A stretch of 64,000 nucleotides of DNA from Bugula neritina. Lineage: Eukaryota; Animalia; Bryozoa. The notes under the pieces are model-generated. The model searched no databases. It was not told where the DNA came from and saw only the letters and a program-made list of their open reading frames with translations. The stretch lies in assembly GCA_964035545.1 (NCBI GenBank), contig OZ037767.1:28288628-28352627 (forward strand), given 5' to 3'. Numbering within the stretch: position 1 is the stretch's first letter; each line of letters starts with the position of its first letter. This document shows, piece by piece, positions 1 through 15,000 of the stretch. The position numbers and the translations under genes are program-made.

Positions 1-60
1 GTTAACTTATAACAGTATAATAATACTCAAGAAGCAAAGTTAATCATTATATGGCCTTAC

Positions 61-3000
61 CTTCTCAGAGTAGGTGAAGCCGACCATGATTCCATCAAAG
101 TCTTTCTGTCGAACTCTTTCTGGGTAACAAGTCATGAGCTTAATGAAGCTTTTTAAGCCTTTCTCTAACAAAGAGTTAACTCTACCGTAATCATAGTCAT
201 CGTGTCTTATACCCATTATGCAGTGGATGTAGTTCCATATTCCAGTTCTAAAGTCCTGAGTGTTGACATCAGTGTATTTCTCTCCCACGCTAAAACAGCA
301 ACAGTACAATCAAGCTACTGAGACTTCCTCATATTTGACTCATAGTACAAACTGGCATAGCTTCTTGTAGAGGAAGCAGAAAAAGATCAGTTATTTTGTT
401 TGCTAAAGTACATCATCTGATTTTATAGCCACTCCCTTGCAGAACAACTAAGCAGGGACTAGACCAGTGGGCTAGGAGCAAGCAACACTGTGCCCAGTGA
501 TGAGTCCAGGGTACATGATATACTACCCTCTTAGCAGCAAAGCTGGTGACAACACACCAAAGTAAGAAATATGAGGGTACGTGTACTGTGTAGTAGATAC
601 AAGGTGTTCTACAGCACATACCATCAAGTGTACACCATAACTGTTGGAACCAAGTCAACAAGGAACCCTGGGAAACCTTGTTAACAGCTAATAGGTCAAC
701 AGTTGCAGTTTACCAGCACACCACATTGCAAACCTACATTTTCAGCTAAAGTCTTGCATAATACTTGAGCAAAGTAAGTGAAAGAGACTTACGTGTTGTA
801 CGTGAACTGTTTAGCCACTCTGAACTTTTCATCTAGCAAATCTCCGATATCGGGATAGAACCTGTTGGCTATACTAAATCCATGCGTTTCCCATGAGCAG
901 TCACTGGCTCTGAACGTTAGAATTGTATCCTTTTCCTTATATTTAGCAAAGTCAGTGTAAACAAACTCAGGGTGGTCTACCAGATGACTCGTACTAGATT
1001 CAACTTTGGATGCCGACTTCACACAACCACTCGGGCTGCAAGATCCCGACTCAGAGTTTCGGGCTTGTACTATGGGATCTGAAACAAAAAGCATTTATAT
1101 GTAAAATGGTGTGTAACATAATGTACAGTATGCAATATACACAAACAGGGTATATATGAAGTACTTAATACAAATATACTATATGAAATATGCCAGAGGT
1201 GAAGGAATAACTTTTGACAAGGTAAAGCTGCATATATTTAGAGATTGAATGCCTCCATGCCACTACCAGTCAACGTGAAGTATGCACACATGCAGTTACT
1301 ACATGATTTAAGTCAGTGTGTTCCAGTTTGCAGGTAGATATGAAGAGCTGAATGCCATGGAATCACACCAAATACAACTTTGATGAGAACATTCTAGAAA
1401 CATTTTACTTTGATGCCACACGAGATTGCTGGAGAGTGTGTTTACTACTGGCATATATTTTAGCTGTAAACTTGCGGGTTATGACACAAGCCATGGTGAG
1501 AATGCACTGGATTCTAGCAGAATAACAAGTTGGCCAACAACTGTTGACAAGCCATTATCCCAATTTATCAGCGAGCCAATTGCAACACCACCTCACCAGA
1601 GCACTTGCGTGAACCCCACTTGTTATTCTCAGCCCAACAAACATGTTTGCATAAGCTATTACTACAAGTTAATAATGATGTAGCTAAATGTGCACAACCA
1701 GCATATATACTGAACTCCTGATATAGCTACACAGTGTACCATGTGCCACATTCCACTGATGGGCTGTTATCGTTGGCCAACCTTCTAGGATGTACCAAGT
1801 GTACTTAAAGATTCGTGAGCCCAAATTTCTTGAATTGCAACAACTTGTTTTGATATTAATGACTCAAAATGATGTCAACACAAACCGATACAATACCAAT
1901 TAGCTTATTTCTACAAACACTGGTGACACCAAACTGGCCCAACTGATTAGAAACAAGGAAGATACAACTACACGCAGCACACATACACACTGTCAATTCA
2001 CTAATGACTAATAGCTGCCAACTCAAATGCAAGTTGCTTTCTGATATGTGCAAAATACCCCCCCTGAATAGCACTAGTTCTAAAGCAACTATACAGCATG
2101 AGAAGTTGTCTGCTCATGAGCTGAAACGATCATTTTTCACATCAAAAATTGTAAACTTGAGCCTAAAAAAATCTACAACTCTACACACAGCCAGTATCTC
2201 TTAGACCTACATGCATGTAAAGCTCAACACTCAACTTTGTGTAAAAAGTTGACTAACAAAGCCTCAGCCAGGCAGGTTTGGACAAGTCAAAATAACAACA
2301 TAAATCACTTTGACACGCCAGACAAGTTCGTCTTGAACATGAATGGAGGAAAACCACACCTTAAGATGTCACTGTAAGCACTCGGCAACAAACAGTCTAA
2401 AAACAATCCAAAGAAACAGTTTGATGGGCCCCAGTCTGAAGAATGTCTATTGGTTGACTTACATTCAGTAGCTTGTGTTTCTATTGACTCGAACCGCCTT
2501 TTCCCTTCTTCTTCTGAATAATCTTCCGCTTCATTTTTGAGTTCCTGCAGTCTGTCTAGCAGCGTGTCCACCGCAGCTTTGTCACTCTAAAGAGACACAC
2601 GGCAGCATGAGGAGACGACAGCACACAAATCTTAACTTTAAAGTAAACACGAGGAAACTAAAACGGGGATTTACTGAAGAAAACACGACTCACAGGGTTG
2701 TTTTCTGTGTCACTTTCGCTGTTACTTTCACCGTCTGAGTGCAGCAGTCTACCAGAAGTGTCGTCAAGTTCAAAGTTCACACCACAGCCAAACACTGCGC
2801 TGGACAGGGCGTGGAAGTGGGCTAATAGAACTATAGCGTGCGTCAGCTCTGACATGGTCCAGCTGTTCCGGCCACATCGACATAAACTCTACAACCAACC
2901 AATAACAATTAGAGATAATGACTATCAACCAATGATGTGCAGCGTAGCTTGGCATGCAGGGCAGTAAGTTCTCCCAATGTAACGAGTGACCACTCACCTC

Positions 3001-6000
3001 TATTGTCTTTCTTGTCACCATCCAAGGGCGGTGCGCCAATAGTCGGTTTATTTCCTGTAAATTTCGAAGCTTCACCGGCACATTGTCTAGTGACTCCAGC
3101 CATTTTCTATCACCACCAGCGTGTAGGTACTCAGCTGTGTGAAGGTGTATGAGATATGTACATTGGTGCCGGGCGGCTGCCTGCAATATGTGTAAAGTAA
3201 GTAAATCCAATGATTCAACTTTTGTAAATACACCATAGTTGTGGCCAGCGAGGGGCAAAATCGGGTATAGATGAGGAAAAAACAGGGGGCAGGCCAGTGT
3301 AATTCCTTCGAGTAATATGCCGAAGGCTATAATACATCACACCAGACGATACGTAATTCCACGCTAGAAGTGACAGGTAGTAATGATTGTTGGTGTGAGG
3401 AATCATTGACTTCTCTGTCCACCAGATGATTGGCTGACGTCGTGTGGTAAGTCAGGCCATACACGGCTTCGTCCAGGCACTCCTTATTCATGATAGTAAT
3501 CAGTACGCATGCTCAAGATTAGTTGCTATATTTATAGCACTGAATATTTTACATGATATTGAATAACCGAGGAAGGCAGATTGCACTGTGCGAACAGTTC
3601 TGTTGATTCTATTATAGTAACAAAGGGCTTTATAGAACGTGAAATATAGGCAACTCGCCTGTAAGAACACAGTTAAACTGATAATATCTATTTCAGGCTG
3701 CATATTATTGGTATCTAAGAAAAGGGCATCAATACAGACTGTCCTGATAATATTGAAACTCCAAAGATTATAAAAGAAAATCACGTTTTACTGTGCATGA
3801 TTAGGTTTGTTATCTATCCAAAGGTAAAAGCAATGACAAAATAGCTGCCTTATCTCCAGTTTAGTACAAATGATTGGTGTGATGCTAACCACCATTGTAT
3901 CAAACTACAAAACAGAAACACTCTTTGGAAGTTAATTAAATGTGTGAAAATTAGAAAATAAAAACATAGATAGTGAGAGAAAGTATGAACTCACTATGAT
4001 TGCTATGTAGTGTCTGTGGGTGTAGGGTATGGGGCCATCTGCTCTGATTAACCTGTTCTGTGTTCGGATGAAACAGGCGAGGTATTGGGGATGGAAACCC
4101 ATTATTTGAGTCAAATAATCCAGTCTGTTGTTCTGTCTGTAAGCCTCTGTGAAAAGTGCTTTTGTCTAGAAGTACACATAAAAGAAATTCAATAGAGTTC
4201 AAACACTGGCATACGTAGTAGTTTAACTGGTTTTTTTCATCGTAATGAATGTGATGCTTCCAAACGCATACTGGTAGATTCCAAACTGTCAGGAAAACCC
4301 TGCCAGCAGGAAGGCTTTTTGTAACACCCAAAAATAGTTCAAAAGACCATGAAGTTTAGCCTACGTGACTCTACTCAGCCTAATACATTCCGGAAGATTC
4401 TAGTTAGGTAGAGATTAACAGAGCATATAATTAATACTTGAAATGATTACTTCAACCAATTAACAAAATAACAACAAAATTAGTAGATCATTTGGTGACA
4501 TCACCCACTGTTTACCACATAAAGTAAAAGTCAACGACAATAGATAATATTGCTCAATAATATACTATCTAGCACATTGCATCATACTAAACACAATCGT
4601 ATTGCAAATAATTTTCAAGAGTGAAATTCGCAGAGAAAATGGCAGGTTGAACCTATTAAGCCTGGCTCCTGGCAACTATAATAAACACAATACAACCTTG
4701 ACTTCGTTTAAACATTTACAAGTAATTTGATCAGAGATGCTGTTAATAGGGCACTGGAAATTTCCACGAGTTGATTAGTGAAGCAGAACAGTTTCATTTC
4801 TGTAAACGCAGAGACCTGAATGGCAGATTCATGGCGAGGCGGAGCTATGAAGTGCCTACATTTCCTTTTCCTGCATTATGCATCAGCTGATTATGTATTC
4901 TATATTTATACTGGTTGTTGGGATTACTCATACCGGTTAAATCGGAGGATTGCATGCTGTAACCTGACTAAATGTTGAACATTTAATTACCACCACTATA
5001 GTCAGTTTCAGTTTTTACACGGGCAAAGCAGAAGAGAGACCGGGTTGGCTAAATTTTACTGCCAAAGGCAATTCTCCGACTCAATGCAGATTAATTCTCT
5101 CTAGCTCACCAAGATTGACCAACGCTTGAGGCTACATAATCCAAACATTTAGGAGCAGTAGTGAAGAAATTGAGATAGTCTATGATCTTTAATTTTGGTT
5201 TGGAGCAGGTTGAAAAATTCTTGAGAACGTAACTTCTTATGCTATATTTCTAATCTAGAACAGAGGCTTTTCTCAATTTCTCCATTACTGCACCCACCTC
5301 AGTCTAAAATGGATTCCATGATAACCAGCTTTCTACGCTACATCTTTTTTCAACGAAACATACTAAATTACAATTTTATTCAAAAACTTTGAGAAAGATT
5401 ACAAGGTGCACCAATTTTGTTTGAAAGAAAAATATCAAATTTTAGTAGTGAACTAGTACCTAATAAATATAAGTAGCGTAGGGCACCGTAATGTCTATGA
5501 ATATCAATACGGCAGTTAGGCTTGAGAACCCAATACGTTCAACTCACTGAAATAAATCAAAGCTAACATGGACACAGCCCACTCACAATTAGTGACACGC
5601 AGTGGCAATTTCAAGGCTCTATTTGTAGGCCCAAACAGTTTTTTGAGAGCTTATAAAATAAGATAGGCAGTTTACATTTTTGAGAAACAACTGAATTAAA
5701 ATATGAATTGCTCATATACCTGAATCAAAAACTAACAATCACATATTTTAAGTAAAACTATACAGCTTGAGTATTACTATTAGTATACCCAAGAGTAAAT
5801 CAAGTATTGGCAAGATACCACACAACATGGCTGCTAAAATGCACCTACGAACCAATAAATGTTTGTATACAAAACAAGCCTCACCATGGCGTCCTGGTTT
5901 GAGTATGGAGAGTGAAGAGAAGGCAGGGCAACAGCTGGTGTGGTGGTACTTGAAGGATGACTGAGAGAATGACCGTGAGTTAGTAGCATACTAACGGGAC

Positions 6001-9000
6001 TTTATACTGCAGGGTGAGACGGCTTTCTAGCTTAGTGATACTTATTGAAAATCACTATGAAATCGAGAAACTTAGACTTAGAAATATATTAAAGAAAAAC
6101 TTTACAGCACGCGCTTGGGAACTAATGCACGTGAGAGCCCAGCGCGATGGAGAAGACGAATGAGAAGGAAGACGCTAGTTCTTTATATTTCAACTGACTC
6201 ATGCATTCAGCTTTGTTCGGCTGGGTTCAGTTCCATGCATTGATACGGATTGCATTTATCAATAGAGCAAATGAAGTTGATCAGCTGATAGAAGCAAATG
6301 GTACCGTAGAATTCGTTCAACAGCTGCGCCAGTGTACCGGATCACATTACTGATAAGCTTCAAAACATGAATTAAGACTTATTTTGATAATAAATCTAAG
6401 CCAATGTCAACAACCTCATACGCGATAAGATAAATCCCGGTGCAAAAAAACCGACATATACCACCAACACAATTATATCACCAACGTTATGTCAACTCTG
6501 TGAAAAACTTCGATACAACAAATTATGTAGCCCCAATGCATTTTGAGTCATGCTGAACTGGTTTAACCCGAAAAATTCAATATTATCGCAATATTTTGAT
6601 CGATGCCTCATACAGCAGCAAAAATGTAGGTTTAAAAAATATGGTATTTTTAATACATACAAAAGAAACCTTTAGCTATAACATATTTTTAACTTCAGCA
6701 GTTGACAAACAAGCTAGTCTACACTCAGTTGTCTTTTATGTTTATGCAGACTAAGCTCAGAGGTGTTTTGACAAAAATTAAGGTCATACGTGGTGCCCAT
6801 TGTTTGTAGAAAAACAGGAAAAAGTAAATATTTTCAGCATCTAAACAAGACAGTTGTGTTATATTGAATCAATGGTTCCATTGAAGCAGGCATCGCTGGG
6901 CTTTAATTAACATCTGCTCGGTTCCATTTGCAACAAAGGTTGCTGTCACATAAACACTAAGATTCCGACGGTAACTAATAGTATGAAAGGATAGCCCCTG
7001 ATTTAGCGCATCTCAGCAACAGAGCTAAAAATAGCCGCATGGAACTCCTTAGTAACTGGTGTTTAACTATTATTGGTGATTAAGCAGCAATGCTATTATC
7101 TCTGCGAGTACCTACTTATTATGCACGGATCTACATTGAGGTAGCTTTTTCACAGAATTACTAATTCTTCAGTGTCAAAATGACATCCGTGCAAACTATT
7201 AAAATGAATGGTGTCTTGTAAAGGATTAATTAAATGTCTGATGGTCAATTTACCTTTCTAACTGATTATATATGTGCAGGAGCTTAGCTTGCTTATGCTT
7301 AGTTCAATATGTTGTATAATAATATTTACAAAAACATACCTATAAGAATAGGCCAGGATTATTCCTGACTAGCAAACAATGAGTAGAGTTTTTGCTCATT
7401 AGCTTACCATCTAGGTGCCTTCTGGCACTTTTTACTTCTATTAAAACACTTACAGTTTTTGCTTCAACATCAAAAAGTTGATTTTCACCAAAATGATATT
7501 GGGGAAAAACAATATAAAACAGAATTTTTTATCCCAGTTAATGTATTTTTCATTCCTTATAATGTGGTGGAGCAGGAAATTGTGATATACTTAAGATATG
7601 ATTGTCCTAAACATAAAATAACAAGACCAATTTATTACAGATTATTGATAGTCACTAGCACCATTATATAGTTTGAGTAGACTAATCCTTAAGTCATAAT
7701 TGACACATTACATAATCAGTATTTACTTAGGTAACCATATAGGAAACAGCCTAGATATCATCCATAGAGGGACCGAAAGGTATTAATGTTAGGGGGAGCT
7801 GCAGAAGGGGGGGAGTGCTGTAGAGGTGGGAGCTGTAGAGGTGGGGGGGGGGGGGAGATGTAAAAGGAGGGGGTACTGAAGAGGGGGGATGTAGAAGGGA
7901 GAGGGGGGCTGCAGTTACTACAAAAACTACCAGCAACACCACAGTACTTCAACTAAATTTGGGCTACAAAAAACCAGTACATTGTTGTGGTCAGTGCAAT
8001 GACCTTCTTAAAAAACACCAGCAGTAAACAACAATGGGAGTGAACAACATAGGGAGAGGTGGAGAAGAAACCATCACTTTCAAATGGGTCTAAAGTTTGG
8101 TAGTATTATAGAATGTCAGTTGAAAGCTGCTAAAATGGAAGGTGTCAGTTATTTTATAGCTTTGCAAAAAGGAAACACATCTATACAGCTTCTTCAATTT
8201 GAAGCTGCTTAAATTATGCTTAGAGTCTGCCAATTTTATGACAAAACTTCAATTTGATCGTAAATTCACCCAAATTAACTTCTGCCACCTGCCATTTATG
8301 TCACCAATTTTATTTTTACAAACACCATCCATTCAGAAGTGAATTTAAAAATATCTGAAATATGTGTAAATAGTACTACTTGGTACATATGTGTAAATAG
8401 TACTATAGAGAAGTTGCAGTTGAAGTTGCTAGTAGCGAGTAATTCACATGTCAGGAGGCAATGTGGAGAAAATTCAAGAGTTCAACTAGTTCACTTTTCC
8501 AGGCGTTCTGGAGCCTTAATAACTTTTGCTATTATCAACAAACGTAACATGACAGTATAATATATAATATAATAGCAATAATACAACATAATTGCAATAT
8601 AACAGTATAATATAATGATAATATGTTGTGATATATGAGTTAAATTGCATATGTACAATACTACACTCTGAAATTATACACCACCACTTGGCTCACGGTT
8701 GATACCAATTCAGCAATGAGTTAGCGTGATGTTTCCATGATTCAGCAAATAACTTCAAAATCTTATGAAATAGAATAAGGATGACCAAAAAATGATAGTT
8801 TTAATTTGTTGCAAAACATCATTGGCTGGCAAAAAATATATGTTCAACATACAAAATTATCTTTTGAAAAACTATTTTTTTGCAGCTGCAGAATATACCG
8901 AAGCTCCTATTGCATAGAATGAGTTATTGTGAAGTGGCCACAGCCAAGTATTACTAGTCTAATAGTTACATCCTGAAAAGTGAGTCAGCTGACTTCAAGC

Positions 9001-12000
9001 AAAATGAGCGTTTAGGAGGTGAGAAGAGAAGACAACTCTACGTTTTTATATCTGTAACTTATTGATTCAATGCCGTCTGCCATACATTAATGACTTGGCT
9101 ACCTGTTTGACTGTATACCTGTTTGACTAACCAGAAGTACTTTCTGCTGAAGAAAATCAGATGCGACTGGTTCTAATCCAACCAGGAAATCCAAGGTTGA
9201 AAGTAAATTGAACAAAATCTGAGAGATTATAGTTTAATTTCAAATTAGTTTCAGATTTCTAAGGACTGTGTAAATAATTATTATTGGTAAAAAGCTTAGG
9301 TTACTTTCAAAGCTTAGAGTTGTAGAAGTCAAGTAGCTCAATTCGAACGACTACAGTATTTATAAGTCTTATGCTGAGTGGGGTACTGCATATAAGTTTT
9401 TTAAACTTATTTATTGTATAGTTGTTTTTTTGTTATACAATTTCTACATTTACAAAGTATACAAGCAATATCTACATTTACTAAATATATTATAAACCTT
9501 TGAAAATCATAACCTACATAAACTTAAACTAATAATAATATAAGTAGGAAACCCACATATGTATGAAGACTGTAGACTACCAGCTTCAGGAAAGATGCCC
9601 ACAAATAGCTTTAGTCCCAAGAATTTTATGAGGATTACGGTGGGTGTTAAGGAGGACAGCCCAAGGGCAATGTTATCTGACCTTAACTTTTGTGATGAGA
9701 GAATAGTAATGAGATTAGAGATCTGGAGAGATGATGGGAGATGATTGAAGACTGGCAGAAACAGTTGGAAACCAGGGAGACACCAAGATGAAGAGTTATG
9801 ATAGTCAAGACACAGAAAGATAGTCTAAATGTATACGATTCAAAATACTTGGGAACAACAATCTACCAAGATGTAGTAAAGAAGTAGAACTCAGACTATC
9901 TAAAGCTTGGAACAGACGGAATGCATTGACTGAGGTGTCATGTGACGAAAACTACTTCCTAAAATAAAAGCATCAATTTATAAAAAATGGCAAAAAAGTC
10001 GTTCTATTGTAATGAAACCAAACAAGGCCAATCACACTGCCTAGGCACTAGTGTGGAGGAGCACAAGAGAGGAAAAGATATCACGGCAAAGGCTAGAGTG
10101 ATGCCAGCAGCTTTATAATGAGAAATGGGGGGGGGGTAGGGGCCAAAAGTAGATACTTTTAGACGGAGGAGGCTAAAAAATGCAAGTTAATAATTTGTTC
10201 AGTGCTTTTCAACTGTATCTTGTCTTGCAACTACGTAAAAGTAACAACTCGGGCGAGTCCACCTATCTATGTTAGCTTTCTATTCTACTCCCTTATATCC
10301 CCTTGCATTGCGGCACCCATAAGGGAGTACCAATTTTTACCCCCAGAGCTTGGACTGACTAGGACCAATGGCTCAGCTAAATGTACTGTGAAGTATAATT
10401 ACGTCTATGGGCTGTAAATGCTATTAGAATTTGACACCAATAAATTTCTGAGCTGTCTTTTGCTTGCCTACCTAGCTTCATTTCCATAGCATTCGTCAGA
10501 TAACTTGACATTTGAAGTTGTCAGCATTAACATAATGCAGGGTTAATGTTCAATGCATGAAATAGCAATCTGCATTACTTATCACCATCAGCCAATCTTG
10601 GAGTTCAACTTACAGTCAAGTAATGAACTGTACAGGCAGTACAGCCATGTACTCTATACCTGCATATAAACTGCACACACAACAAATATTTGCTTTTTCT
10701 ACGCAAGTCAGCAAAGAGCCTGGGGGCTAGCTGAAGGTCACCTTAGGGTCATGCCAGATTCAGAGAGTCTAAGAAGAATTGACTTACAAATAATACCAGA
10801 AACCACAGGTCTTTGGCAGATGCAAATTCTATATACTAGAAATGAGGCAGACTGCTACACAGATACTCATCTCCATAATATTATGCAAAATCAATGAGCT
10901 AAATAAACCAACAAATGTGAGAGCAGAAAAAGTCGGTTGCTTAGATGGTACAGGTTCAACCAGAGAGAGGAGCGGGTGGAAGGAAGTGGGAGTGACGTAA
11001 ACAACCCATCGTCACTCCACGCTTAGCCAGAACTGCCAAATGGCTCAGTTTAGAGATCAGGTTTTGTAAAACGGGAAGAGAGAAGTTGGCAGAATGAAGG
11101 GGTGATACACAAGTACATACGAACTTAGGAGCTTTATTAAAATCACTAATACTAAACAGGCATTTTATTGGCATCTATGTTGGCAAAAGTGATTTTTATT
11201 AATGAAAATGCCTTTTATCTTCAATGGAATAATTTTTCTGTTAAATAATATCTTTTAAATCCAACTGTATCTAGAATTATGCATACAATATTAAAATAGC
11301 AGACTGCAATTAAAAATTGTTTTACTTGAGGCAAATAATTTTTAATTTTTTGCCAACAAAATATATTTCCAAGCTCTATGTATCTATAGTATTGACACTT
11401 TGCAACTAATACCATTACAGAGAGGGCTCAGCTGTTACAAGTGCAGCTTTTGTGAAACATAAATACAATTATTTAAAAATTGTTCACATAAAAGATGCAA
11501 GAAAGGTCAACATATTTTGCAAATAGAAAGTACAATTAGTAATACAACTAGGCTTAAAAGCTTTTCTAAATTTTCAAACAACTTAACAAATTCATACTAA
11601 GGGTTAGTAGTTGAAAATAGAAATTTCCATATCATCAGGTTTTTGCATTTCACAATTTTCAATAAACAACTTTTTTGAAAGAAATAAGTAATTTTACCAG
11701 TGAGAAATTATATTATTTTAGAAAAAAACGCATGTAGCTTATGCATAGCAACTTTAGAGCTAAATTTAAACTGTTAAATTCATATATAAAAGAGAAACAG
11801 TACTTGAGACCAAAGAGTACTAAACTCTGGCATATAAAACATAAACCAGGTCTGGAGGCTAGGAGTTAGAAACATCTCTTCAACTCATCAACACAGCCAC
11901 TTGCAAGGCACATTATACCTGCTGTCTAAGCAACGGCACCTAGCAACACTGAAAACAAAAACTCTTCAGCTTAAGAGAGATAAGGGTTTATATTCAAGTG

Positions 12001-15000
12001 CATCCCTAGCTTGGAGTCTCTGAAGCCATTGATTGTGAGCTTCACTCATTATATATAAAATCAAAACATGAACCAATACTAGAGGAAAGAGGAAAATACA
12101 GTAGGTGGGAGAGAAGAGGAGAGGCATAGTCATAGGCCAATAAAAGAGTAGGTGAGAAAATTATCTTAAGGGCAAGAGAGTTGGCATAAATGAGCCAAAA
12201 CTAATAGATACAGACAGTCTCTAGGTAAAAAACTTTTCAACGCTGCCTTTGTCCTGCTAAACAGCAAATCTGGGAAAAAAACTACTCAATATAATCATCA
12301 GTATTTACAGACTTTCTACACATTGTATATACTCTACACACTGTATATACTTTAGATACTACACTATACATACAGTACATACACTATACATATAGTACAT
12401 ATACAGTACACACAGAGTATACATACACTATACATACAGAGAACACACAGTATACATAGAGTACATACTCAAACACACAGTACATACGGACACACACACA
12501 CATTACATACACAGTACAATGGACATACTCAAACACAATACACTACAGACATACTGTACATACAGTACATAGTGTACACACAGTATGTACAGTACATACA
12601 GTGTGTATGTACTGTACATACACACACTATGTATGTACTGTACATACACACACTATGTACTGTACATACAGTACATAGCAGACATTTATTAGCAGACTAA
12701 TCAGCTCTAGGCTGATATCCCTGTCAGCTGACACTTGCATGGAACACAGCAACCAGCTCTTTACTGTTGCCCAGAGCTGCAAGCTGTCTATTATATTACA
12801 AAGACGAGTAGATATCCTTACACTGAGTGAGTAGACATCCTTACACTGAGTGAGTAGATATCCTTACACTGAGTGAGTAGATATCCTTACACTGAGTGAG
12901 TAGATATCCTTACACTGAGTGAGTAGACATCCTTACACTGAGTGAGTAGATATCCTTACACTGAGTGAGTAGACATCCTTACACTGAGTGAGTAGATATC
13001 CTTACACTGAGTGAGTAGATATCCTTACACTGAGTGAGTAGACATCCTTACACTGAGTGAGTAGATATCCTTACACTGAGTGAGTAGATATCCTTACACT
13101 GAGTGAGTAGACATCTTTACACTGAGTGAGTAGACATCCTTACACTGAGTGAGTAGACATCTTTACACTGAGTGAGTAGACATCCTTACACTGAGTGAGT
13201 AGACATCCTTACACTGAGTGAGTAGATATCCTTACACTGAGTGAGTAGACATCCTTACACTGAGTGAGTAGACATCCTTACACTGAGTGAGTAGATATCC
13301 TTACACTGAGTGAGTAGATATCCTTACACTGAGTGAGTAGACATCCTTACACTGAGTGAGTAGACATCCTTACACTGAGTGAGTAGACATCCTTACACTG
13401 AGTGAGTAGACATCCTTACACTGAGTGAGTAGACATCCTTACACTGAGTGAGTAGATATCCTTACACTGAGTGAGTAGACATCCTTACACTGAGTGAGTA
13501 GACATCCTTACACTGAGTGAGTAGACATCCTTACACTGAGTGAGTAGATATCCTTACACTGAGTGAGTAGACATCCTTCCACTGAGTGAGTAGATATCCT
13601 TACACTGAGTGAGTAGATATCCTTACACTGAGTGAGTAGATATCCTTACACTGAGTGAGTAGACATCCTTACACTGAGTGAGTAGATATCCTTACACTGA
13701 GTGAGTAGATATCCTTACACTGAGTGAGTAGACATCCTTACACTGAGTGAGTAGACATCCTTACACTGAGTGAGTAGACATCTTTACACTGAGTGAGTAG
13801 ACATCCTTACACTGAGTGAGTAGACATCCTTACACTGAGTGAGTAGATATCCTTACACTGAGTGAGTAGACATCCTTCCACTGAGTGAGTAGATATCCTT
13901 ACACTGAGTGAGTAGACATCCTTACACTGAGTGAGTAGACATCCTTACACTGAGTGAGTAGATATCCTTACACTGAGTGAGTAGATATCCTTACACTGAG
14001 TGAGTAGACATCCTTACACTGAGTGAGTAGACATCCTTACACTGAGTGAGTAGACATCCTTACACTGAGTGAGTAGACATCCTTACACTGAGTGAGTAGA
14101 TATCCTTACACTGAGTGAGTAGACATCTTTACACTGAGTGAGTAGACATCCTTACACTGAGTGAGTAGACATCCTTACACTGAGTGAGTAGATATCCTTA
14201 CACTGAGTGAGTAGACATCCTTCCACTGAGTGAGTAGATATCCTTACACTGAGTGAGTAGACATCCTTACACTGAGTGAGTAGACATCCTTACACTGAGT
14301 GAGTAGATATCCTTACACTGAGTGAGTAGATATCCTTACACTGAGTGAGTAGACATCCTTACACTGAGTGAGTAGACATCCTTACACTGAGTGAGTAGAC
14401 ATCCTTACACTGAGTGAGTAGACATCCTTACACTGAGTGAGTAGATATCCTTACACTGAGTGAGTAGACATCCTTACACTGAGTGAGTAGACATCCTTAC
14501 ACTGAGTGAGTAGACATCCTTACACTGAGTGAGTAGATATCCTTACACTGAGTGAGTAGACATCCTTCCACTGAGTGAGTAGATATCCTTACACTGAGTG
14601 AGTAGACATCCTTACACTGAGTGAGTAGATATCCTTACACTGAGTGAGTAGACATCCTTACACTGAGTGAGTAGATATCCTTACACTGAGTGAGTAGACA
14701 TCCTTACACTGAGTGAGTAGACATCCTTACACTGAGTGAGTAGATATCCTTACACTGAGTGAGTAGATATCCTTACACTGAGTGAGTAGACATCCTTACA
14801 CTGAGTGAGTAGATATCCTTACACTGAGTGAGTAGATATCCTTACACTGAGTGAGTAGACATCCTTCCACTGAGTGAGTAGACATCCTTACACTGAGCAC
14901 ACATGGAGTGAGTTCCAAATAGGGTGAAGTTTCGGTTTCAATTACTAAGGGATACTGCTTTATATAATTGTTACCCCGAAATTTCAAAATATGATTGAAA

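Noticed and set aside
3500-3784. IDALFLD peptide resembling the Sestrin N-terminus
   Set aside because: The real equivalent (TKALFTEAY) is in exon 4165-3995, and this ORF lies inside an intron.
7751-7952. Proline-rich extensin-like ORFs
   Set aside because: By-product of a G-rich repeat; no true ATG start or splice support.
12806-14897. CRISPR-like array
   Set aside because: Units are head-to-tail with no unique spacers, there are no cas genes, and the context is a eukaryotic intron.
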